Origin: the human T2T-CHM13v2.0 reference genome, Homo sapiens
Strand: one strand, 5' to 3'
DNA: 64,000 nt
NCBI RefSeq assembly: GCF_009914755.1
Contig: NC_060930.1
A program made the position numbers and the translations under genes. The notes under the pieces are model-generated. The model worked only from the letters and a program-made list of their open reading frames with translations. It ran no database searches and was not told the origin of the DNA. Each line of letters opens with the position of its first letter. Position 1 is the stretch's first letter. Positions 46,662 through 63,204 of this stretch are shown here, in pieces.

Positions 46662-49451
46662 ATACAGAAAGCTTTTCAGCAATGGAATGAAGTGTCTCAA
46701 TGAATTTCCCATTATGAGAAGCATCCTGTTGAGAAAATTTTAAGATTTTTTTTTTATTTGAAAAGACATTGGACCAGATGTTCTTTTAAGAGTTCATTCA
46801 ACTCTAGCCTGTGATTCTATTTTTAATTAAATAGTAAGTTAAGGCAGGAAAACATCTTGAGCATAAAATAGAGAGTGAAAGAAAACTCTGCACTGGGAAA
46901 ATAATAGGATATAAATGGGAAATTAAACAGAAAAGAGAATATGAAATAGGAAAAGACAAGATCAGTAAAGAAATTTAGCCAGGCATAGTAAAGCATTTTG
47001 ACCTTCAGGATGAGGGTTAGGTCTCTCAAGAGTGTCCATAAGCCAAGTGAGAAAAAAATGTCAACCACTAAAAGAGGTCATATCCATGCTCCAAATTTCT
47101 CCCTTTTCATATATTGAGTCAAGGGGCTTGATACGCAACAGGAAGTTGACAGATTAACCAGAAAAGTACAAATAGAAAGTTGGTTTGTCCTCCTAGAGGA
47201 TTGTGGTTAATGATTGTTAAAAGTGCCCTTGCTAACGGTAGACAGCATCCAATGAGTTTGAAGCAATCGAGGTGGGAAATGACAAGGATGTGGGCTAAAT
47301 CCCTGACCATTTGTTTCTGTGTAATTTATGCCAATGAGATATATGATGGGGGAGAGAGAGGAAGACAAGAAGTTGGGAAAAATGGGTGGAAAGGGAGATG
47401 TGAGAAGCTGTTGTGAAGGTAAAGGAGAGCTTTCCAAAAGCCCTGCAGAGTTTCCACATCATGTTTTTGTACAATGTTACTTCTCCATCAAGAAAAAGGG
47501 AATCCTTTTCTGGAAAATAAAATAAAACCGGGGCCCTTTACACACCTGTACTTTAAAAGATCATACAGTACTTCAGTGGGAAGGTGTGCTAATACTCCTA
47601 CATTTTGGTTAAACTCCAAGTCAAATAGTTTCATTCTATCTACCTAAATCCTCTACTGTTTAATTGAAGGAAGTCATACTTCACTCCACTTCCTTAAAAA
47701 CTAATAAAACATGTCTGGAGTTGTTTACACTATTATACTATGTGGTATAATGTGATTCTTAGATTTTTAAATGCCTACAAACTCTTTATATCCCTCAAAA
47801 AAGGCTCTTTAACTTTTGGTTGTTAGCATTTTTCCCAGCAGTAACACTTTGGATCTTTATTATATTATTAATATATATTTATGAAGGATCATGATTAACA
47901 AATATAATAGGATTATTTTTATATAGCAATATAACATCTTCTCTAAAATTACATTGATGGGATGCATCTTTTCAACTTTTCTTGTATTTTATATGGTTCT
48001 CTTTGGAATGCTTTTTAGGCTCACCACAGAAATCCAAGAAAACATCAACTTTTGCTTGCTTCTTTACTTCACCTCTCCTTTGTCAGTTTTTCTGAATTCT
48101 CTTTATATTAAGGCAAGACTTAACTTGGTTTGGTTGTTGGAAAACCCTGGCATCACCTGGCCTCATAAGAGGGCAGAAATTTGGCCCTAATCCAATAAAC
48201 TTTCATGACAACACTCTTTCAGCTTCATTTTGGTGACTTGATCTGATAGCCAAGAAGAAAAGAACTACTTAACAATATGTCAGCTTACTATGTAGTTTGG
48301 TTCACATGTCTAAAGTATAGAAATCTATCACCTATTGCTAGGATAAATGTCATATCTTGCGAAGACTAATCTTGTTCCAACGGACATACTTTTTAAATGC
48401 ATAAATCTACTTGAAAACTAATCTGATAACAAAGACATGCCTGCAGAAGGATGATTCAGTTGTATCAATGTACTTGTCACTCAGACCTCAGCCAGAGAAA
48501 AATAATATGATGGGGCTGGTGGGTGTTAAAAGTATGCAAAGTCTTGATAATCAGACAACATTAACCACAAAATGAAAAGAAGAAACTTTTTTTTTTTAAG
48601 TTACAGGAAAAAAAGGTCTAATGAGTTTTTTTAGACTTTAAGACATGAGTACGAAGAGACAAACTGCCAATTTGCCTGAGAAAGTAGTAAATCTTAAAAA
48701 AAATGTACTTACTTTGGCTGTTATCATTATTTTAAAATTAAGATTATACATATCATCCTGGCTCATTCTCAAATGAAATTGGGAATATAACTCTTGAAAT
48801 TGGGACTATACCTCTTACTTATTTCAAATATTAGAGGCATTTTTGTACACCAGTGAGAAGGGAGGGCTGTCTCTTTACTTACAGAAGTTGTGTTCTAGCT
48901 CCCCATCATTTCCTAGTTTTCTCTTATTTTTTTGCCTCAGAGACTCTATTTAGTTATTTGTGAGTAAATTTATAATATGGCTTTACTTCTAGAAACCACT
49001 GGCTAAATTCAATATCCTGTAATTGAAAGTAAAGTTTATTTTTGTAAACTCTTTAATGCTTTATTATTTTAATTTAACTATGTTCAATTTCAAACATGAG
49101 AAACTGTTCCTTTGAAATCTAATTAAGCAATTCTAAGGTAGAAACATTTTTAAAAATTTGAAAGTCTGGCCCTAAAAGGCCACATTTTCCTAATTAATTT
49201 AACCAGCTCCTCCTTATCTCAGAGACCAGATCCATGCATATATAATTAAACAAGAGTATTCAATTATATATTGGTTAGGGTACTCCTACTAGTCCCAGGA
49301 CCTAATTTTTTAAAAAAATTACTGAATACTAAATTAGGATCTCTATTCTTACTTTGTAAATGGATAATTAATTGCTCTTCACCTGACTTTTCTCACTTGT
49401 GGTTGACCTTGGCGTGACTTTTTCATGACACTAGGTGGCAGGAATAGAAGT

Positions 49452-49535
49452 TTTCCTTCCTTCCCTCCCTCCCTTCCTTCCTCCTTCTTTCTCTTTCTTA
49501 CCCCCTCCTTCCCTCCCTTTGTTTCTTCCTTCCTT
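49452..49535. repeat. (CCTT/CCCT)n polypyrimidine tract
   Basis: ~80 nt almost purely C/T. Confidence 0.9.
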
Positions 49536-50050
49536 TGCACTATGTACTCTAGTTAAGAAGTTAGCAATTTATCTAAAGCCCTTATTTTGTTTTGCTTTTT
49601 AGTGCTTTTTGTTTCATTAATTATTGATTATTATATGTTTGTGCTTATTTGTTTAGTTAGGAATTTGACTATGGAATAGTGAAATAACTCATATGCTATT
49701 TTATTATTATATTCATGGAATAACATTTCATATCTCACATTTTTAAGAATTTTGTTAGAAAACTTCATGTATAGACCAGTAAATAGCTTTCCTTTCCTCA
49801 TGGCCACTTAAAATATGAACATAAAAGTATTAAATGAATTAAATGAATGCTTTCTACTTCCATTTTAGAGAACCGAGCAAACAATATTGATATTTTGTAT
49901 TTGAATGTTTTAGGCAAAGCTAAAACATGACAACATCTGATTTCTCCTTTAGAGGTCCTGGACCTGGCTCAGTGAAACTTCACATATTAGTGTTGTCTCA
50001 AAATGTTCTATTATTGACTAAATATGACTCTATGCAATATTTCTTTTTAG

Positions 50051-50856
<806 letters not shown>

Positions 50857-52129
50857 AGATCTTTGGATTTTAAACTGAGCTTCCTAAAACCAAAATATCT
50901 AGACCTACCAGTATGAATACCTACTAGATGAAATCACTGTTGCCAAGAAAATCAATGAGTTTCAATATTTTAGGAAAAGGAAAAATACATTCACTCATAC
51001 AGTTTTTATATATTTATTGAACACCTGCTATGTGACAAGTCTTTCATTGGAAACCAGAGACACAAAACCGCAAAAGGAAAAATAATATAAAAATAATGGA
51101 AAGGAAAAATATAATAATACAAAAGGAGCCTACAGTCTAGAGAAAATAATATTATCACTGAATATGGCCTATGCTGTACCTGGAATACTCTTCTTCACTC
51201 TTCCTTCTCCTAACTCCTCCTTTACTCACAACTGTCCCACATCCCTCTTCACTCCTCCATCCCACTTTCCATCACCTGCTTAACTCCTATCCCTCCTTCA
51301 GGTTTCAACTGAAACCTCACTCCTTCAGGAAGGCATTTTCCAACTCCATAGACTTGGATAAATATACTAGCTATAAAGTGGCCATTTTTCCATATCATAG
51401 CACCCAAGAATTTTAGTACATTACTTGCTTAATGTCTATCTTTGGAGATTTAAAGACGGAAACCATCTTGCTTTTGTTTGCTACCGTAACTCAAATACCT
51501 TGCACATTCCTGGGCCCATAGTACGTGCTCAGTCAATATTTAATGAGTGAATAAATGAATGAAAAGGTGTTGTTTAATATCTATAAGTATATTGTGTCTT
51601 AATATATAGTATACAAAGAAAAAATTAAATACTTTAATAAATTGGTAGAGTAAAATAGAATATCCTTTGTTTGTTTGTTTGTGTTTTAATTCCTGAGTCT
51701 CTGGAGAAGAATATACTTATTAAAGCAAAGGAAAAAAATGATAGTATTGTGACTCAAGTGTTACAATTTTGTGCCTGCTGTTTACAGTCCATATGCACTT
51801 TCAAGTCTCTTTCCACTATATCTTACAACTAAGTTCTATAACTCCATCTTTATTAATTTCTGATTGCTAGTTTTAGATTCCTAGTTTCAGATTATATAAA
51901 CATCAAGTTAATTTGAAAACTATGGGCATATGTTCAAACTTTCTTTTTCACTATTAGTCAAGAAATAACTAAGTACATCTCCATATACATATTCAGGACA
52001 AAAACAATGAATACTTTGGATTCTGTGAAATGCCTCTCTTCCTAGCACCTAACGTCGTATCATTGAATCCCCAAGATTAGTCAAAAGTCCAGTTGGGATC
52101 ACTAATAATTAAAAGCCGTGGTCAAAACT

Positions 52130-52720
<591 letters not shown>

Positions 52721-53401
52721 GACCCAGTCAAAAAAATAGAAACTACACTAGTTTAATATAATGAATGAAATACAATGAATTTAGTATAATGAATGAAAGA
52801 TTGATCATTTAACATAACGAGACCATTTAATGTAATGGATGAAAGACTGATCAGGTGTTAGAGAACTAAAGCAAAAAGGGAACACTAAGGTAACACAGAG
52901 ATAAGTCACCCCAGGAAGAAGCTACCACTCTAGGGCAAAAAGAAAGACATGGGTCTTGTCAGAACCTAGAAGCCCAGAAGAAGGACCAAGCACAGCCAGG
53001 ACTCAGGCCTCTGAAGAGGAACCACCGCAGGGCTGGTGCTGATGCCTGGAAGATCAGAGGGAGAGGTTTATGGACCTGAGACTCAGACCTTAAGGTGGGT
53101 GTGCTGCCTGACTGGTACACTATGTATACAGGAAATCTGTGTGAGCCTAGACTATGTCCACTACTGTGGTTCACGAATATCTAAGCACATTTACTGAGGC
53201 TGTAAGATGGCCCAAGAGAAGTCAATCTGTATAAGTTGATATATTTATTTATTTTGATTGGTTATCTATCTGCTTGTTTCTTTGTTTCAGCCCAAAGATG
53301 AGGAAATAGATTTTAGTGACTCAAGGGGGAGGAAATAGGTGACCAAGTACATAGGGAGAAAGATTGGAGAATAAAGAGCATAGCATGTGGTATGCTGTGC
53401 C

Positions 53402-53964
<563 letters not shown>

Positions 53965-55484
53965 CTAGGATGAAATTTTGATTCTGCTAAAATATGTGCT
54001 AAATGAATTAAATATTGCAAATTATGTGAAATAAGGGAAATACAAGTCACAAGTATTGAGATGAATTTAGTATTTAATTTAATATAATAATACTAATTTA
54101 ATATTTAACTTAATATTGTGCTTGTATTCACAATATCTCCTATTTTTTGGGAGGCTGTTCTCCCACTTACTTTCTCAGGTAGGGAACCACAAAAGTCAGC
54201 AGCTTTCATACACTAATCATGTGTTCTGCTATGAAAAGTGGTGCGCTAAGATCTCTAAAAAGAAACATAGAAGCTATGCCACCAAATTCTAACCATGAAT
54301 TCCCCTTAAAACCTTTAAATCTTAGATTAAATACTCCTTTATGAATGCTTTTCATAGTTTGTATCTTTAGAAGTTTAATTCTAAAGATCATTAAATGTTT
54401 AATCATGCTTTGGGGTATACACAAAAAGACATAGAAAACAACAGAATATTTCAAAATGTTCTGAGACACTGCCACTCCATATGCTGGAGTGCACATTGCA
54501 GTATTATAATGAATTGTTGAAAGTGTGGACTCACTGTAACACTTTTTATAATAACAATGATATTTAAGCAGTCTGTTCAAGACTTCTGCCGGCTCAATTA
54601 TTTACACTCTAAATCTAATGTAAGCCTAACACATTTATTTCTGTGAACAGCAGTATTTTACTGTGAAAAGAAGGTGTTTGTAAGCATTGCCACATGGTTC
54701 TTAGAATGTCTGAGCACAGCAAGATAGTCATTTTTTTAAATTGGAAAACAAACACAATGCAAAGACTTGAGGGAACCAGTGTTGGGTTTTGTTGTTTAAA
54801 GATGTTTCAGGGATTTTTACATTGCTTTTAATTTAAGAAACAGAAGATACGTAGTATAAAAAAGAATTCCTTTTTTACATAATAAAAATTCTCTATTAGA
54901 GTCAAAAGTGAGCCTCGACACACACACAGATGTGTGCATACACACGTGCCTGCACACACACACATAGCATAGCTTTTCAGCAAAGTATAGTAGATATACT
55001 ATTCAAGGCATTAAGGAAATCCTGGATTAATCACTAGCTGACCACTAAGCTAAACAAGCAGAGCTTAGTGGCCACAAACAACAACAACAAAAGACTTTAC
55101 AGAATTAGTTTGGAAAGTCATTAAACAAAGAAACAGCAGCAACAACAGCAAACCCTTAAAAGGGAGGGACTCTGATTACCAGAGTTGCCACAATGTAATA
55201 TTTTAAATGCCGTTTTGACCAAAAAATATCACAAGACACACAAACAGGAACACATGGTTAATACACAGGAAAATAGTAGTCAATAAAAACTATCTCTGAG
55301 GAAACACAGACAGTAGACTACCTAAATAAAGACTTTAAATCAGCTATTGCAAATATGTTCAAAGGACTAAAGGAAACCATAGGTAAAAAATTAAGGGAAA
55401 GTATGAGAATGATGTTTCTTTCTTTCCGTTTCTTTCTCTCTCTCTTTCTCTCTCTGTCTCTCTTTCCTTCTCTCTCTTTCTTTG

Positions 55485-55832
<348 letters not shown>

Positions 55833-56724
55833 TAGAAATTATTTTTAAATGAACCAAATAGAAACTCTAGAGTTATAAAGTACTATAAGTACAATGAAAA
55901 TTTCACTAGAGGGGCTCTAGCAGATTTATACTGGCAAAAAAAAGAATCAGTAAACTTGAAGATAGGTCAATTGAGAGTATCCAACCTAAGAAACAAAAAG
56001 AAAAAAGAATGAAGAAAAATCAACAGAGCCCCAATAACCTTAATTGTACTTAGCACAATTGAGTATCAATTATACTAAGTAAACATAATGGAAATACCAG
56101 TGGGAGAGGAGACAGAAAGAAGCTGAAAGAATATTTGAAAAAATAATTGTCAAAAAATTCCAAAATTTGATGAAAAACATTAATCCCCACATTCAAGAAG
56201 CTTAAACTCTAGGATAAATTCAAAGAGATCAACACCTACATATACACTGTCATAAAGTCAAAAGACAAAGACACAGTCTTGAAAACACAAGAGACAAGTG
56301 ACTCAACATGTAGAAGAGATCCCTAAAAACAGTAGTATTTTGATTTCTCATCAGAAATCATGAAGACCAGAGGATGGTATGATGCCATATTCAAAACACT
56401 GAAAGAAAAAAATTGTCAACCAAGAATTTTATATCCAGTCAAACTATCCTTTAAAAACGAAGAAATGGAGACATTACAACATAAACAAAATACAAAAAAT
56501 ACTAAAGGTAGACATGTAAATTGAAATGAAAGAACACTAGATAGTAACTCAAATCCACATGAAGAAAATCCACAAGAAGGAAACTACATAGATTAATATA
56601 AAAGACAGTATATATGCATTTTGAGGGTAACTCTTTTCTTCTATTGGATTTAAAAGACAACTGTGTAAAGCAACAATTTTATAGTGTGCTGATGCTCTTA
56701 TAATCTATAAAGATGTAATTTGTA

Positions 56725-57022
56725 GCCACGCAGGGTGACTCACACCTGTAATCCCAGCACTTTGGGAGGCCGAGATGGGTGGATCACCTGGGGTCAGGAA
56801 TTCAAGACCAGCCTGGCCAACATGGCAAAACCCTATCTCTACTGAAAATACAAAAATTGGCTGGGCATGGTGGCACATGCCTGTAATCCCAGCTACTTGG
56901 GAGGCTGAGGCAGGAGAATGGCTTGAACCCAGGAGATGGAGGTTACAGTGAGCCGAGATCATGCCACTGCCCTCCCGCCTGGGCAACAGAGTAAGACTCC
57001 ATCTCAAAAAAAAAAAAAAAAA
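56725..57022 (+). mobile_element. Alu (S-like)
   Basis: TSD AAAGATGTAATTT. Confidence 0.96.
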
Positions 57023-57609
57023 GATGTAATTTTTATGACAATAATAGCACAATGGAGGGGGGAGGAAAAAAGATATATTAGAGCAAAATTTTTGTATTCC
57101 ATTTAAATAAATCACTAGTAATTGAAATAAATTATTTAAATTTATATGCTAATTATGATCCCCAGGGCAACAATTAAGAAAATAAAAACATATAACAAAA
57201 AAAGAAGGATTGTAATGTTACACAAGAATATACCAATTAAACACAAAAGCAGGTAGTTATTAAATTCCATTTAACTTTCTGGTTTAAGGCTATGAAACTA
57301 AGTACTGAGTTCCTATTAGCTATGGTGACCATATAGTTCATCATTCAAATCAAAGTAGTTTGAGGACATTATTTCTATCAGGACAGATGACATAGACTCT
57401 CCCTGGCCAACTTTGATATAAGACCACCCTACTTTTAACAGAAAAGTTTAGGTATTTTGAACAATCAACTTAGTTTGCATTGTATCAAACACTGTTTAGT
57501 ATTCATATTTGGCTACTAACTTGTAGGGCAAATTAAGCACTATGTTTTAGCATTCTGGTACAATCTGATTATGAGAAATTGTTTTCAACGATTTAAATCT
57601 GGTCACTAT

Positions 57610-58200
57610 CATCAAGTAAATACTGTGTTTGGGATTGTATCGGTTCTATAGATTGATCTGAGGAAAATTTTTTTGTAGTTTTCATTTCATTATACAGGCC
57701 TTACATATATACTGTTAAGTTTATCTCCAAGTATCTCATACTATTTATGCTATTATAATCGGTTTATTTTCTACTTGTGTATTGCTAATGTAAAGACAGA
57801 ATTGATTTTTGTATATTAACCTTATATCCTGCAACCTTGATACATTTGCTTATTAATTCTAGCATTTTTTTCCCTAGATTTCATTTTACCCTGTCAGGTA
57901 AGACTAAAATGTGAAAGTATGAATGCTTCCACTGGTGGGAGGCAGAGACATAGTATTTGGAAATGTGAACTATTAACAACCTTTTTGGAAAGCATTTTGA
58001 TAGCATCTATTAAAATTTAAGTGAAAAAACACATTTAGTTTCAGCTCAGCAATCTCACTGCTAGGAATCTATTTTATAGCCAGCATAAGGATATATGTGC
58101 AAAGATGTTGATTGCAGTCCTCATTTGTAATGACAGAAACCTGGAAATGAAGTGAATGATCAATAATAGGTGAGTGCTTAAGTGGTGGTACATCCACCCT
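57610..58200. mobile_element. Two decayed L1M fragments in opposite orientation
   Basis: ttgatttttgtatattaaccttatatcctgcaacc (minus); acaacctttttggaaagc...cagcaatctcactgctaggaat (plus). Confidence 0.65.
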
Positions 58201-59275
58201 TGGTTTCAGCTGGCTTGAATGGGTTTATCAGACTAGTAGAAATAACCCATTTCAGTAAAGGACTATATAGTACAAAATAATATTTCATTTTTAGATATGG
58301 TTATGTATTGCTGAAAACTAAAAAGGTTTAAAGATCTATTACTGTTCAGTGGAACTTTCTTTATTCCTTCTAAAGCTTTGTCTTGCTGTGAGAAAGGTAT
58401 CCACAGTCTGCAAAACAAGCCGTTGCTCCTTTCAAATTTGCATAATGTGCATGCAGTTACAGCCGCTCAATTTTTTTTCTTCAATTGCCAGAAGATTTCC
58501 ATAACTTATTCAATAGAACTCACTCAAATACAGCAATTTTTATTTATCCTTCTACTTATCTTTTTAAAACTCTGATGGCTATGTCTCTGCCATTGTTACT
58601 TCTTTGAAAAACAAAATAAACAAAAAGAAAACATTATTCTGACAAATCATGAGATTACCATGATTTCTGCCTATTTGTACCACATTATTTTCATAAATAC
58701 TTTTAACATTGGATGTGATCTGAAATTATTCATTGTATCACTGTGTATCACAGTAAGTGCCTATTTTATTGCTATAAAGACTTTATTGCTCTTTGGAGAA
58801 ATGCACAAATACATTTGTAGTAAAAGTAAAGGAATAAAGTAAAGGGGTATAATGGTCAGATCTTCTGCAAGGCCATTAACAGCATACCGTGAATCAAGCA
58901 TGACTTGACATACGAGAGGAATGATTTATAGCAAATTCTTGGAACAACTACTATCTGTAGGACCTAGGAGAGAGAAAAAAATACAAAGACATAAAAGAAC
59001 TCAAAACATAAGCCACTTTTGCATAGTCATTAACTGCAGATTATATGACTTATGCTCTTACAAAGAATCGTTTGAAGCATCAGATGAAGAGGGAAGGCAG
59101 AGCAGTGAGAAGTCTTTGAATGAGACCTTTGAGCTTGTATTGCAGACTTGGGAACTCACCTCATGTAATGGGGAAAACAGGCTGATTATTTAGTTCTTTT
59201 TTATTAAAAAAACTCTATAATTATAATAAAACCCTTTTTAATTTATTTACCTAATATCCCCTTGCCTGAAATGTC

Positions 59276-59532
59276 TTTTTTTTTTTTGTTTTTGTTTTTT
59301 GAGACAGGGTCTGGCTCTGTTGCCCAGGCTGGAGCTTGGCTCACTGCAACCTCCACCTCCCGGCCTCAAATTATCCTCCCACCTCAGTCTCCTGAGTAGC
59401 TGGGACTACAGGCATGAGGCACCACACCCAGGTAATTTTTGTATTTTTGGTAGAAACAAGGTTTCACCATGTTGGCCAGCTGGTCTCAAACTCCTGGCCT
59501 CAAGCAATCCTCCCGCCTCAGTCTCTCAAAGT
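59276..59532 (-). mobile_element. Alu (J-like, truncated)
   Basis: Antisense, lacks 5' head. Confidence 0.92.
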
Positions 59533-62500
59533 AATCCTTCAGTCTAATCACCAAAAGTAATAGCTTGTTTCTGCTGTGAAGGAAATCTACAATAATAATT
59601 ATATTGAGTGTTTTCATACATTTGATTAGTATAACCAAATAATTTCAATAAGTATAAAGATTTAAAATGAACATTTCCTTAATGTTGTTTAACCTGCATT
59701 ATAGGTTTTATTTACAACTCAACCCTTATCCATAAATAATAGTCTCAAATATTTACTAAAAGTCAATATATTTTGTGTATGATATCACAGCCATAAAAAC
59801 AATCAAATTAGAAGTAGCATTTACAGTATTAGTCACAGATAGGAAACCATAATTTAGTGAAGAATAACAAAAATAAATAAATATAGATTGACAGATACAT
59901 AGTTAGATTCTGAAATTTAACTTTGGCTTTACCCAACCTTGTTGAGAATGAAATCATGTATGCAGGGTGCCTTAAAGGCACTTTTTTCCTAAAAATTGTA
60001 TATATTGGAAATAATTCACCAAGAAAATCCTAAGAAAGAAAAAGAGTTTATGTGATTGACTTTGGGTTATCAAAGCAAAGACTATCCAGGGTAAATAACA
60101 GGCAGAGGATAGTGATTACAGCTCATTTATTAAAATAGCAACATTGGTACATATCTGAGTCAAGCCTGGAACTCCCCCTCCCTCTCAACTAGACAAGTTA
60201 GGCTTTAAAATTACTGTAAAAATTAAGTCAAATTGCCTGTGAAGGTAAGCTCTTAGAAGAATTTTTTAGGTAGATGATCTACATAACAAGACATGCACCA
60301 ACCAAATCTGCAGTCAAATATTGGGGGAAAAAAGCAACAACAGTAGGTTTGTGTTTATTGCGATGTCTGGAATATTTTAAAAATTAAGCTCCTGGCCTCA
60401 GCCTAGGGATTTCTAATCAATTCCAGGAAATGTACTGTATCTTTCCTTGAGGCCAGCAGGAAAGCCCCTTGGCAAGGGTGTCTGGAATGGCCACTTGACA
60501 TCCCCAGCACACCTCTTGCCAAAGTTACCCATGGCTGCTGACAGAGAGACTGATGTGCTGCCACAGATTGACTTTAGGGATGAACAGATCAAGATCAACT
60601 AATCTGGGCAGATGCATTAAAGTGTTTCTGTGTATTTAAGCATACCATAGAAAGACAAATTCAACAGCTTTCACTTTGCTTTCATACAACGTTGTTCTCT
60701 TACGTGTTTTCTATTTTTGTTTATATACTAATTTCCTCTAGATTGACTGGGTTCTAAATTTATTATGAATTTGGTAAAGCCTCTGAACTTTGTGTTTCTA
60801 TATTACACACCTTGTGTCTGTGACTACTGTTGTGGTTATACACTCGGGATTTTGAAGTCTCAACGATAATCACCATAAGTCATTTTTAGCAGCTCTGTTT
60901 AAAAGATTCCATCAGTAGAAATTCAGCACGGGTAACTTTCACTTAAACATTCCAGACCCTCAGAATCCTTTACATTTAAGTGATGTGTTAAAAACAATGG
61001 CACCTCTTTTTACTTAATTTCAGTCACATTTGGAAGAAGATAAGAAAGTTTATTCTGAACTCCATCACTCACTATTACTGAGTTTGCTTCATTGTTGAAA
61101 CTAGGGAAAATTAGTCCGAGGTTTCAAAAAAGCAGCTAAACAATTTTTTTTCCAAATTCTTATCCACCATGACTAGACCATGGCAAAAAAAAAAAGAAAA
61201 AAAAAGAAAAAAGAAAGAAAAAAAAGGAAAAGAAAAACAATAAAACACAAACAAACAAAAAACCCAGAGAGACAAAAACACACTTCAGCATAGTAGAAAG
61301 AAAGCAGATATACGTAGACACAAATCCCCAAGCTCTCCACTTACTGGGTAAGTGGAGCTACTTAATATCACTACAATTCAGTTTCTTTATTTATAAAATA
61401 GAGATGACACCTCCTTCATCGCTTTGCTGAAGGATTACAGGATGATGGGTGAACTGTAATACTTGGTACATATTATACATTCAATATACATTAGGAGGAC
61501 CCCTTTCTGCTCATTATGTGGACAGAGGTAAAGTACCAGGCCAGGGTATTTATGATGACTATGTGGAAAGACTTTGGCTTCTATGGGGATGACATGGTTA
61601 TAGGAATCAAAACTTTGACATTAAAAACTTTCATATCCCTTTATGAAATTCAATGAAAAAGAAAGAGCTGTTGATGCTGTGGGCTAAACATGAGGACAGT
61701 AATGGTTGGATTAACACAGCTGGACCACAGAGTGCCAGATGGTGGAAGACACCCTTCCCCTTCCCCTTCCCAACCCATAAATCCTAGAACCCTGAGCCCC
61801 CTAGTGTGAGCTTTGTGCATTTGTGCTTGAGGCAGCGAGGTTCTCCCACCATAGGTCCCAGTTGGCATATCCACCAACAGCTCTCACCAAATCACACTTG
61901 TGTCCTGCCTTCCTTTCCACATCCGCCTGCACTCTCACCACCCCCAAAGAAGCACCTTTACTGTATATTACAGATATGTTTGATTTCTCTAAGCAAAATG
62001 TTCTCATATTCTACGTACAATTGCATTCAAAACCTAAGTTCCACTATCTTAGAGATGATTGTGTTGTTGTGTTTTTGTTTCCTTGAGGGAATATTACCTC
62101 TGTAAACCATATGGCAAAGGGACAAGATGGAACATGAGTCACCGTACACAAGGGAACAAACATCCAGACATGAAGGCAGCGTCACAACAACTCCAGAGGC
62201 TGGCAGTTTCTGGGCTTCAAAAGGAAAATAACTTTTTTTTTTAACTCTGCAAACCACAGCTACTTGTGTGGTTGATGTGTAGCTAAAGGCCACGGGTCTC
62301 CTATCACATGATCTCACACAGAACTGGAGTTCTTCCAGTGAGCAGGTGTTAACGGTCCCTGAAAACCAGTTTGTAAGAGATCGTAGCTGTCATCCCGGAG
62401 TGGTGTGTTTTAATAGAAAGAAACCCATGTTTCCCAGGAAATTGCTATCAAAGTTCAACAGAGATTCCAGTGCATGAGCGGAACATAATTTACCCACCAT

Positions 62501-62992
62501 TTATCTTTAATGAGCACCTACTGTGTGTCAGGTACTAAGCACCTGCTAGCTTTGTCTATTTTAATCCTGCTGTTCCTTTAAATCTCAGGCAAACATCACT
62601 TTCTTACAAAAGCCTTCCCTTACTTCCCTGAGTCAGATCCTCCTTTTACACACTCTGGTAATATGACATCTCTGTCTTTCACGGCTCTTAACCATGGCTG
62701 AATTTTACAGTATTTATGGCATTCTTTTATTAACATTTGTCTCCTCCAGCAAGCTGTAAGCACCATGAGGGCAAGTACTGTGTCTGACTTTAGTCAGTAC
62801 TATATCCACAGCACCTAGAAGGCACTCATGTATTTATCAACAAATGCAGGTCTTTATGTTGTCTGCAATCTTACATGCTCCTGAGGTAACAGTTCAGCTG
62901 ACCTGATTTAGGGTCAGCTAGGATAAAATGAGTAAATATTAATTAGGAATAAAGTGCATATTTCTTTCTTTGGGAGACATAGATTACCCACA

Positions 62993-63204
62993 CCAGTGGT
63001 GAACTGGTAAGCCAGCTCTCTTGAAATTAGTCAGTCAATCAATCAATAACCCTGACTGGTATTGTTTGCCAAATTCCTTGGTGCAAATACTCTCCCCATA
63101 TCCAATTTCAGACTACCGGTATGAAGTTATTGGACCTGAGTTGGGAAGAAATGCACACAATCAGCAATCATGAGCCAATTTGAAGCAGCACTAGCATACA
63201 CTGC
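62993..63204 (-). mobile_element. MER63-like hAT DNA transposon
   Basis: CCAGTGGTGAACTGG / CTAGCATACACTG termini; gggaagaaatgcacacaatcagc internal. Confidence 0.65.
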
